DNA of 64,000 nucleotides from an uncultured Chloroflexia bacterium (GCA_963833225.1 CAWHXD010000008.1:256001-320000), one strand, 5' to 3'; shown: positions 1 through 7,401, counted from the stretch's first letter. Notes: a model not told the origin generated them from the letters alone. Numbers and translations are program-made.

Positions 1-2
1 AT

Positions 3-611
3 GCCGACTCAACCGGCTACTCGGAGGGCACGCACCTCCACTTCATGGTCGAGGCCACGCCCACCATCCGGACGGCCCCCGGCTGGTGGTGGAGCCAGTC
101 CGTCCCGATCACGTTCGCCGACGCGGGACGACCGCTGGAGTGGCAGTCCTACACGTCCCGGAACGCGGCCCAAGTCGCTCCCACACCGACGCCTAGCCCG
201 ACCCCAGTCCCGCCCACGCTCAAGGTGGTGCAGTCGTGCAGGAAGGAGGCCACGCTGTCCAACCCCCCAGTGATCTGGTCGAGCCCCTTCCTCAAGATCA
301 GGTACACCGGGGACCTCGGGGTGAGGCGCGGGGGGGCGCTCGTGTTCCCGGCTGCTGGCTCGGGCTATCCTGAGACCTCTCCACGCAATGGCGGCATTGT
401 GGCCCAGTGGGGTGCGGGGATCCAGGTCTGGAATGGGAAGCTCACCGGCAACCCGCTGAAGACCATCACCCCGGACGCTCACTCAGCGTACTTCGAGATC
501 TCCGAACGCCGTCCGGGGTCCGAGGCTGGGAAGAAGTACTGGGTGGCATTCGCCCCGGCGTCCCCGCACGACCCGACAGCTGTAGAGATCACGATCCGGA
601 AGTGCCCCTGA
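3..611 (+). CDS. M23 family metallopeptidase, 5'-truncated by the window edge, with Pro/Thr linker and unknown C-terminal domain
   Basis: The frame from nt 3 reads ADSTGYSEGTHLHFMV, matching the M23 C-terminal 'TGxSxGxHLHF' motif. It is followed by the linker VAPTPTPSPTPVPPT and stop TGA at 609-611. Confidence 0.7.
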   Translation, partial: ADSTGYSEGTHLHFMVEATPTIRTAPGWWWSQSVPITFADAGRPLEWQSYTSRNAAQVAPTPTPSPTPVPPTLKVVQSCRKEATLSNPPVIWSSPFLKIRYTGDLGVRRGGALVFPAAGSGYPETSPRNGGIVAQWGAGIQVWNGKLTGNPLKTITPDAHSAYFEISERRPGSEAGKKYWVAFAPASPHDPTAVEITIRKCP

Positions 612-617
612 TATACC
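609..617 (+). promoter_or_regulatory. Extended -10-like element (TG-A-TATACC) of the IS110 circle-junction promoter
   Basis: After circularisation at the CT core it would pair with TTGACA at 2018-2023 with an 18-nt spacer. It lies ~6 nt before the predicted RNA 5' stem. Confidence 0.55.
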
Positions 618-622
618 GCCTT

Positions 623-787
623 GTGGGTCGATCATGACATCGACCTCCACGGGGAGACCGGTGCGGCCCTATCCGGCAGATGACCGTTGTCGCTAGTGTC
701 CGGCCCCCGACCTTCGGCCGTGAACGGTGATCGGGATCCTGCGGCAGTTGACCGGTGATCGGACCCGTCAGGTGACGTCGGCCGGGG
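623..787 (+). ncRNA. Putative IS110 bridge RNA (5' stem-loop, target-binding loop, donor-binding loop)
   Basis: Stem-loop at 623-650. Loop 651-707 contains CGCTAG (691-696), the reverse complement of target CTAGCG. Loop 712-787 contains GGGATC (733-738), equal to the donor left side 2033-2038. Twin internal hairpins CGGCAG(A/T)TGACCG sit at 674-686 and 742-754. Confidence 0.8.
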
Positions 788-830
788 CGTCCGGGACCCC
801 CTTGAGGTCCGCCGAAGGAGGCTGGCCAGG

Positions 831-2021
831 ATGACGACGATCGGGATCGACATCGGGGGACGGACGCACGTCGCAGCCCGCTGCCGGGACGGCGAGTCCC
901 GGGCCGACCGGGAGATCCTCCGGGTCAGCCAGGACCGAGCGGGCTTCACTGCCCTCGACACCTGGCTCGAGCAGCAGCCGGAACCCGTGACGCTCGTGAC
1001 GATGGAGTCGTCGGGCCACTACTGGATGCCGCTGGCCAGTCACCTGCGGCGGCGCGATGTCCCGGTCGCGGTGGTCAACCCGCTCGCGGCGAAGTACTTT
1101 GCGAGGAGCCGCCTGGGCCGCACGAAGTCCGACCCGGCCGACGCCCGGAGCCTTGCCGAGATGGCCATGCGCGACACGCCCGACACCCGCGATCCGCTCG
1201 CCGGCGCCGAGCTGCGCCAGGCGGCCCGCTTCGCGATGACCCTGGTGACCGAGCAGGCCAGGGTCTGCCAGCGCCTCATCCGCCTCGTCGAGCTCGGCTT
1301 CCCGGAGCTCGGCGAGCTGTTCGACGACCCGACCTGCCGAACGGCCCGGGAGGTGCTGCGCATCGCGCCGACGGCACGCGCTGCCACCCGTCGCCGGACG
1401 TCGACCCTGGCCAACGCCAATGCCGGTCCGGGTCACCGACGCCTCGGGACGGCGAAGGCGGAGTGGCTCCAGGCGGCTGCGGCCGACTCGATCGCGGTGC
1501 CCGGGCTTGACGCCGAGATCGCCTTCGAGGTCGACCTCCTGCTCGACCAGTACGACCTGCTCGAACGCCAGATCGGCGACGCCGACCGGCGGGTCGCGGG
1601 ACTCCTCGACGGCGAGACGGCCAGCCGGCTCCAGACCATCCCGGGTGTCGGGCCCTCGATCGCCGCCACCCTGCTCGCTGAGATCGGCGACATCGGGCGC
1701 TTCACCGACTTCGACGAGCTCCTCGCCTATGCCGGCGTCCACCCGGCCGAGCGGAGCTCGGGCCGCAAGGGGGCGAACCCCGAGACCTCCTGGCACATGA
1801 GCAAGGCCGGCAACGCCAACCTCCGGGCAGCGGCGTACCGGATGGCGGTCGTCGGGGTCCAGCACAACCCGGTCATCGCTGCCCACTACGCCCGGAAGCG
1901 GGCCGCCGGCAAGAGCAAGATGAACGCGCTCGGCCACTGCATGCGCAAGGCTCTGAGCATCGTCTGGGGCGTCTGGCGCAACGGAGCGGACTTCGACCCG
2001 GACTGGGGGGCCGAGGCTTGA
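831..2021 (+). CDS. IS110 family recombinase/transposase (DEDD RuvC-like + Transposase_20)
   Basis: IGIDIG, MESSGHYW and KSDPADA supply the DEDD residues, followed by IPGVG, ERSSG (Tnp serine) and SKAGN. RBS AAGGAGG at 815-821. Confidence 0.96.
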   Translation: MTTIGIDIGGRTHVAARCRDGESRADREILRVSQDRAGFTALDTWLEQQPEPVTLVTMESSGHYWMPLASHLRRRDVPVAVVNPLAAKYFARSRLGRTKSDPADARSLAEMAMRDTPDTRDPLAGAELRQAARFAMTLVTEQARVCQRLIRLVELGFPELGELFDDPTCRTAREVLRIAPTARAATRRRTSTLANANAGPGHRRLGTAKAEWLQAAAADSIAVPGLDAEIAFEVDLLLDQYDLLERQIGDADRRVAGLLDGETASRLQTIPGVGPSIAATLLAEIGDIGRFTDFDELLAYAGVHPAERSSGRKGANPETSWHMSKAGNANLRAAAYRMAVVGVQHNPVIAAHYARKRAAGKSKMNALGHCMRKALSIVWGVWRNGADFDPDWGAEA

Positions 2022-2023
2022 CA
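2018..2023 (+). promoter_or_regulatory. Perfect -35 box (TTGACA) in the IS110 right end
   Basis: TTGACA overlaps the transposase stop codon, 14 nt before the right CT core. Confidence 0.65.
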
Positions 2024-2164
2024 AGACCCTATGGGATCTAGCGTCTCACGCAAGATCGCCGAGCCGATCATCTGGCGAGCCCCACGGCGGATAGGCTGAC
2101 CAGCGGTCGCATTCGCGCGTTGCGACGATCACGACCGATGAATGCGTGCAGCGGGTCCCCAGAT

Positions 2165-2260
2165 TGGGGGTCCCTGCAGCCTCTTGGAGCACCTCTTTGG
2201 CGACGTCATGGAAAGCAGGGTTGCCTATCTGCGCGTACACACGGTCCACCCGTCGGCTGC
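2165..2260 (-). pseudogene. Decayed fragment of a third lipoprotein C-terminal domain
   Basis: VYAQIGNPAFHDVAKEVLQEAAGT aligns with VYTQTGEQAFYDLAKAVYAQASAT of 2350-2934. No signal peptide is present. Confidence 0.55.
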
Positions 2261-2349
2261 ACCAGGCCCTTCGCGGTGCAGGGCCCGTTGGCCACACCAG
2301 CGGCCGAGTCGGCTCGAACGCGTTGCGTGGTCCTCGCATGCGGGATCGG

Positions 2350-2934
2350 CTACGGATAGTTCCATCCTCCACTCAGCAGGTTTTCCCTCAGGACCTTCAC
2401 CTGGTAGTCGGACAGAGTCGCCGACGCCTGGGCGTACACCGCTTTCGCCAGGTCGTAGAAGGCTTGTTCACCGGTCTGCGTGTAGACGTAGTAGAGCCTG
2501 CCCAGCAACAGCTCGCAGGTCGCTTCGCGGCCCTTTCCTTCGATACTGAGGTTGTGACATTCCCCCCACGCCCCAAGGTATTCCGCCTCCGTGTACAGGT
2601 CGTCGGTGGAACCAGGCGTGCTCCCGAGGGCCCCCTTGAGGGTCTTCGCCACCTTCGTCGCGTTCGGCTTCGGGGCGACTGGGGGTTCGAAGACGCTGGA
2701 GATCGGCAGCAATGACGGCGCCGACGTTGGTGTCGGGGCGGGCTCCGGCGAGGATGTCGGGGTGGGCGTGTCGACCGGTGTCGGCGTGACGGTTGGCGCA
2801 TTGGGCGTGACCGGCGGCTGCGTGGCCGCCTGACTCCCTGCGACATCCGGCGCTGCACTGCCTCCGCACGCGGCGACCATCAAAGCGAGGAGCGTGGCCA
2901 CGACCGTGCCCTTGACTGCCCTGCCCTGCTGCAT
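2350..2934 (-). CDS. Lipoprotein, paralog A (lipobox VAAC, Pro/Thr linker, helical Cys-pair C-terminal domain)
   Basis: 194 aa ORF with signal peptide LLALMVAA-CGG and RBS GGGAGG upstream. Confidence 0.8.
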   Translation of the reverse strand: MQQGRAVKGTVVATLLALMVAACGGSAAPDVAGSQAATQPPVTPNAPTVTPTPVDTPTPTSSPEPAPTPTSAPSLLPISSVFEPPVAPKPNATKVAKTLKGALGSTPGSTDDLYTEAEYLGAWGECHNLSIEGKGREATCELLLGRLYYVYTQTGEQAFYDLAKAVYAQASATLSDYQVKVLRENLLSGGWNYP

Positions 2935-3020
2935 CCTTCCCTCCCATCGACTGGACGGTGATCCGGATCATCCGAGGTCCACGAGCATGATGCCCTCCGG
3001 CCTTGGCCGCTGCATTGCCC
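2725..3020. repeat. 296-bp direct repeat, copy 1 (promoter, signal peptide and linker of the lipoprotein)
   Basis: Identical by eye to 3702-3997. Confidence 0.93.
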
Positions 3021-3332
3021 CTGACGTCGGACGGTGGTCGATCCCTGCCCGCACCGCTCCTGCTGCGATACGTCAGTTCAGGCGACGGTGATGGCTGATA
3101 GAGAGTGGCGCCCGGCGAAGAGCGAGGTCCAGATCACCCAATCGAGCCGTTCGCGGACTGCGACGAGGAAGCGAGGCGTGCCTGGCCGTGCCGCCATGCC
3201 GCTCGCTGAAGGATCTGCCGGCCCTACCAGCGGCCAAGTCGCCTCGAACGCGCGGTGAGACACAGGGTTCGAGGTGTCAGGCTGCGCCCGCGGCAAGTAC
3301 GTGGTGTCCTAGCAAACACGGCCAGATTGACC

Positions 3333-3911
3333 CTAGTGGCTGAGGCCGTCCCTGATCCCCGCGACATAGGGCTTCGGCAGCGTCGCGTTCGCGTACGCAT
3401 AGACCATCCCGGCCAGGTTGTAGAACTCGAGGTCTTTGAACGTCGAGTAGTTGTCCCAAGTCCTGCGAATCAGCGCTTCGCAGTAGAGCGCCTTGTTGGT
3501 ATCGGGGTCGCCCTTCAGAGTCGGATCTCCGCTCTGGCAGTGCTTCCACGTGTCCAGGTACGTCTGGAGGACCCACTTGCTCTCGCCGCTGGTGTCAGTA
3601 GCACCCGGGTACTGCGCCAGAACCGACTTGATTGCCGAGCGGACCTTGGAAGCGGAAGGCTTCGCCATCGAGGCCTTGAAGAGGCTCGCTATCGGAAGCA
3701 GCGTTGGTGTCGGGGCGGGCTCCGGCGAGGATGTCGGGGTGGGCGTGTCGACCGGTGTCGGCGTGACGGTTGGCGCATTGGGCGTGACCGGCGGCTGCGT
3801 GGCCGCCTGACTCCCTGCGACATCCGGCGCTGCACTGCCTCCGCACGCGGCGACCATCAAAGCGAGGAGCGTGGCCACGACCGTGCCCTTGACTGCCCTG
3901 CCCTGCTGCAT
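3333..3911 (-). CDS. Lipoprotein, paralog B
   Basis: 192 aa. The first 70 aa are identical to paralog A. The C-terminal domain is divergent but keeps WxxC...CE...FYxLAxxVYAxAxATL. Confidence 0.8.
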   Translation of the reverse strand: MQQGRAVKGTVVATLLALMVAACGGSAAPDVAGSQAATQPPVTPNAPTVTPTPVDTPTPTSSPEPAPTPTLLPIASLFKASMAKPSASKVRSAIKSVLAQYPGATDTSGESKWVLQTYLDTWKHCQSGDPTLKGDPDTNKALYCEALIRRTWDNYSTFKDLEFYNLAGMVYAYANATLPKPYVAGIRDGLSH

Positions 3912-3997
3912 CCTTCCCTCCCATCGACTGGACGGTGATCCGGATCATCCGAGGTCCACGAGCATGATGCCCTCCGGCCTTGGCCGCTGCATTGCCC
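3702..3997. repeat. 296-bp direct repeat, copy 2
   Basis: Identical by eye to 2725-3020. Confidence 0.93.
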
Positions 3998-4259
3998 GCC
4001 GGCACCGATTCGTCGAAATCCGCGTCGCTGCCGAGGCTCTCCGGTACGCTGGCCGGCAGCCGCCGCGTCGCAGCACTCGGGCAGACGCCTTATCTCCGCG
4101 CGGTCTTGAGTACATCCGCTGCTCATCTGCCTGGACTCCGTCCGCGGGCTCTGGCAGCCGCGGGGCGAGCATCCACATGAGCGCGCGGTGGTAGGTCACC
4201 ACGAGCACGACCACAGGCTTGGGAATGGAGGCGTCGAGCCCCTGGCACCGCCCAGCTCG

Positions 4260-4286
4260 AACTCCCGACCAAACTCCCGACCAAAC
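4260..4286. repeat. 12-bp tandem direct repeat AACTCCCGACCA x2 next to the tRNA-Cys 3' end
   Basis: Copies at 4260-4271 and 4272-4283, followed by AAC. Confidence 0.75.
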
Positions 4287-4290
4287 GAAA

Positions 4291-4312
4291 GCCCGCTGGT
4301 CACCCAGCGGGC
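4291..4312 (-). terminator. GC hairpin downstream of tRNA-Cys (probable terminator)
   Basis: GCCCGCTGG-TCAC-CCAGCGGGC, followed on the minus strand by TTTCGTTT. Confidence 0.6.
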
Positions 4313-4330
4313 CTGTTCGTCCTCAGAAAG

Positions 4331-4407
4331 TGGAGGCGACGATCGGATTCGAACCGATGAATAGAGGTTTTGCAGACCTCCGTGTTGAGCCACTTCACCA
4401 CGTCGCC
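4331..4407 (-). tRNA. tRNA-Cys(GCA)
   Basis: Cloverleaf with anticodon loop CTGCAAA, GTTCGAATC and an encoded CCA. Confidence 0.95.
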
Positions 4408-4448
4408 CCGTGGTACCGGTCCATTCGCGGGCCGGCCGGATTCAGTTT

Positions 4449-4522
4449 TGGCTGCCCCTCGAGGATTCGAACCTCGGCTAACGGATCCAAAGTCCGCTGT
4501 CCTACCGCTAGACGAAGGGGCA
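4449..4522 (-). tRNA. tRNA-Gln(TTG)
   Basis: Anticodon loop CTTTGGA, T-arm GGTTCGAATCC, CCA end. Confidence 0.95.
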
Positions 4523-4556
4523 GCGGTGCCGGGCTATGTCGAGGATACAGGGGGAG

Positions 4557-4632
4557 TGGAGCGGAAGACGGGACTCGAACCCGCGACCCTCACCTTGGCA
4601 AGGTGATGCTCTACCAACTGAGCCACTTCCGC
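4557..4632 (-). tRNA. tRNA-Gly(GCC)
   Basis: GCGGAAGTGGCTCAGTTGGTAGAGC..., loop TTGCCAA, CCA end. Confidence 0.96.
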
Positions 4633-4651
4633 TCGATGACCGACCAGGTGA

Positions 4652-4727
4652 TGGTGCCGAGAGCCAGATTCGAACTGGCGACACCGCGATTTTCAGTCGC
4701 GTGCTCTACCAACTGAGCTATCTCGGC
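4652..4727 (-). tRNA. tRNA-Phe(GAA)
   Basis: GCCGAGATAGCTCAGTTGGTAGAGC..., loop CTGAAAA, CCA end. Confidence 0.96.
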
Positions 4728-4766
4728 CCGGTCCCGGACCCCCACGGGAGCCCGTCGGCGCGCCGG

Positions 4767-4775
4767 AGAATAGCA
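4767..4775 (-). promoter_or_regulatory. Extended -10 promoter (TGcTATTCT) for the tRNA Phe-Gly-Gln-Cys cluster
   Basis: TGn-TAnnnT about 40 nt upstream of tRNA-Phe. Similar TGcTA motifs precede tRNA-Leu(CAG), secG and tatA. Confidence 0.5.
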
Positions 4776-4814
4776 CGGGACGCGAAGGGCCAGCAACCAG
4801 CCGGGAACGGCATT

Positions 4815-5833
4815 TCAGCGTGGCCCGGCGGCCCCGGTGCGGACGTACGCAGCCTGGGCTGACGGGTCGAGGACAAGCCGGGCGTCGGGTACCGGGGGCT
4901 GGCCGGTGAGCTGCCGGAGGCGGTTGATCCGCTCGAGGGCCGGTGGATGGGTCGAGAACAGGCCGCGCTTGGATCCCGTCGCCGCCTTGACCGGATTGTC
5001 GAAGTAGAGGTGCTGCGTGGCGCGGTTCGCGACCTCGAGCGGCTCGGTGTCGAGGGTGATCTTGGCGAGCGCTCGCTCCAGCCCGACCGGGTTGCGCGTG
5101 AGCTCCACGCCGGAGGCGTCGGCGAGGTATTCGCGCTGCCGGCTCACCGCCAGCTGGACCAGGCGCGCGGCAATGGGGGCGAGGATCGCGAGCACGATCG
5201 CCACCACCATGATCACCACCTGGATGCCCCCTCCCCCTCGGAGGAGCCACGGCTCCTCCCCCGCCTCCCCATGCCGCCCCAGAAGGTGAAGCGCAGGAAG
5301 AAGTCGGCAAGCAGGGCGATGGATCCGACCAGCACCCCGACCATCAGCGAGAAGCGGATGTCGAAGTTGCGCACGTGGCTCAGCTCGTGGGCCATGACGC
5401 CCTGGAGCTCCTCCCGGTCGAGCTTCTGGAGGAGGCCGGTCGTGATCGCCACGGACGCGTGGGCCGGGTCGCGCCCGGTCGCAAACGCGTTGGGGGCCGA
5501 GTCGTTGATCAGGTAGACCCTGGGCATGGGCAGGCTTGCCGCGATGGCGAGCTCCTGGACCACGTTGAGGAGCTGCGGCAGGTCCGGGGGCTTGACCTCG
5601 CGCGCCCCGGACGTCGCGAGGACGAGGGAATCGCCCAGGTAGTAGGAGACGAGCGATGCCAGCAGCCCCACGCCGATCGCGATCAGGGTCGACGGCACCG
5701 CGGCCTTTGGATCTCCCGTCACCCCCCACCCGATGAACAGGCCCAGGAGGCCGAGCAGGATCACCACGGCCAGGGCGAGCACAACGGAGTTCCGCTTGTT
5801 CGCCCCGATCTGGCCGTAGAAGGTCGTTGCCAT
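4815..5833 (-). CDS. htpX: HtpX-like M48 zinc metalloprotease (one frameshift near 5230)
   Basis: PNAFATGR and HELSH lie in ORF 5213-5833, while SRQREYLADA and FSTHPP lie in ORF 4815-5729. The shift falls in a C-rich run. Confidence 0.88.
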
Positions 5834-5866
5834 GGTGGTTCTGCGCGGCGTCGGCTGCGCTGCGAC

Positions 5867-6430
5867 CTAGTTCAGCGACAGGTCCACGTTGGGGACGTTG
5901 GCGGCCTCGGGCTCAGCGTCGAAGAACTCGCGCTTGGCGAAGCCCATCGGCCCCGCGATCAGCACGCTGGGGATGGTCTGGATCGTGTTGTTGTAGTCCA
6001 GGACCGTGGCGTTGTAGTGCTGGCGCGAGAAGCTGATCTGGTTCTCCGTGGTGGTGAGCTCCTCCTGGAGCTGCATCACGTTCTGGTTGGCCTTGAGGTC
6101 CGGGTAGTTCTCGACCACCGCGAACAGGCTCCGCAGCGCGCCGGTCAGCTGGTTCTCGGCCTGGGCCTGCTGGACGGGACCCTGGGCGCCGGCGGCGACG
6201 GCAGAGGCGCGTGCCTCGGTCACCCGGGTCAGCACATCCTGCTCGAACCCCATGTAGCCCTTCACGGCCTGGACCAGGTTCGGGATGAGGTCGTGCCGGC
6301 GCTTGAGCTGGACCTCGATCTGCGCAAACGCCTCGTCGATGCGGTTGCGGCGGGTCACGAGACCGTTGTAGATCCCGACGAGGACGAGGACGATGACGAC
6401 GACAATCGCCAGGATGACGATGAGTTCCAA
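5867..6430 (-). CDS. lemA: LemA family protein
   Basis: YNGLV..RN, IEVQLKRRHDLIPNLV, ENYPDLKAN. Probable TTG start at 6430 after AGGAGG. Classic lemA-htpX pair. Confidence 0.93.
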   Translation of the reverse strand: MELIVILAIVVVIVLVLVGIYNGLVTRRNRIDEAFAQIEVQLKRRHDLIPNLVQAVKGYMGFEQDVLTRVTEARASAVAAGAQGPVQQAQAENQLTGALRSLFAVVENYPDLKANQNVMQLQEELTTTENQISFSRQHYNATVLDYNNTIQTIPSVLIAGPMGFAKREFFDAEPEAANVPNVDLSLN

Positions 6431-6566
6431 CTGGGCCTCCTGGTTGTGGACGGGGGCTCGAAGTCCCTTGGGGATCAGCATACCGCGCTCCGGGGAGGAG
6501 GTCGGGTCCCGCGGGTGTTGACGGGCCGGGCGCGACGGACGACGGGCCCGGTTCCATCGGTCCAGT

Positions 6567-6694
6567 CGGCCAAATTCATGTGGAGTGCGCGTTATCGCCT
6601 GCCGAGCGCGTCCGACCCGGCCAGATTCATGTGGGGTGCGCGTTATCGCCTGCCGAGCGCGTCCGACCCGGCCAATTCATGTGGGGTGCGCGTT
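6567..6694. repeat. 51-bp tandem repeat x2.5 (no spacers)
   Basis: Units start at 6567, 6618 and 6669: CGGCCA(A/G)ATTCATGTGG(A/G)GTGCGCGTTATCGCCTGCCGAGCGCGTCCGACC. Confidence 0.88.
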
Positions 6695-7033
6695 GGGCCA
6701 GATACAACTGGCCAGTGCTCCCGGGCAGACTGGCCGGCTCCCCGCGCGCATCGAGCACGGGGGCGGCTCGACGCGAGGTGGACTCGGCGACCACGGAGGC
6801 CAGGAAGACGGTCGATGCGCAACTCATCGGATTCTGGCAACGTGCGCCTGCGCGAGAAGAACCAGGGCCGCGCGGGCAGGGCAGCACGAGAAGGACCAGG
6901 GCCGCGCGGGCAAGGTTGCCGCGCAGGCCCCCCGTTCGATCGCGGCGAACCGGCTGACTGGTTCCCTGCGTGCAACCGGACAGGTGCTCGCTCGCCGGAG
7001 GGCGCGCGTCGCCGATGACGCGACTCAGGACAA

Positions 7034-7110
<77 letters not shown>

Positions 7111-7161
7111 GGAATGGCAAACGGGCGGCCATCCGGCCGCCCGCAATCGAGGTCAGGAGGG

Positions 7162-7246
7162 TGGTGCCCAGGCCGGGACTTGAACCCGGATGAGTTGCCT
7201 CATACGCCCCTCAAACGTACGCGTATACCAATTCCGCCACCTGGGC
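7162..7246 (-). tRNA. tRNA-Leu(GAG)
   Basis: GCCCAGGTGGCGGAATTGG..., loop TTGAGGG, long variable arm, CCA end. Confidence 0.94.
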
Positions 7247-7287
7247 TGGTGCACCTTCGCCGGCGTCGGGAGGCCCCCACGTGAGGG

Positions 7288-7373
7288 TGGTACCGAGGGA
7301 GGGAGTCGAACCCACACGGCCTTGCAGCCACTGGTACCTGAAACCAGCGCGTCTACCATTCCGCCACCTCGGC
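7288..7373 (-). tRNA. tRNA-Leu(CAG)
   Basis: GCCGAGGTGGCGGAATGG..., loop TTCAGGT, long variable arm, CCA end. Confidence 0.94.
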
Positions 7374-7401
7374 CCGACCACGAACCGGGGCCCCCGAGGG
7401 C

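Larger units (their letters stand above)
608..2039 (+). mobile_element. IS110-family insertion sequence (long left end, short right end, CT core at both junctions)
   Basis: Transposase at 831-2021, with CT at 608-609 and 2038-2039. No terminal inverted repeats seen. The boundaries are supported by guide matches inside the left-end RNA. Confidence 0.85.

Noticed and set aside
2350-3997. Diversity-generating retroelement or integron explanation for the variable lipoproteins
   Set aside because: There is no reverse transcriptase, adenine-specific TR/VR pair, integron integrase or attC consensus in the window.
3945-4214. Short minus-strand ORF next to the att-like site
   Set aside because: No RBS or recognisable family, and it overlaps the repeat. 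It cannot be supported as a gene.
6567-6694. 51-bp repeats as a CRISPR array
   Set aside because: The whole unit is repeated, including the would-be spacer, and there are only 2.5 copies.
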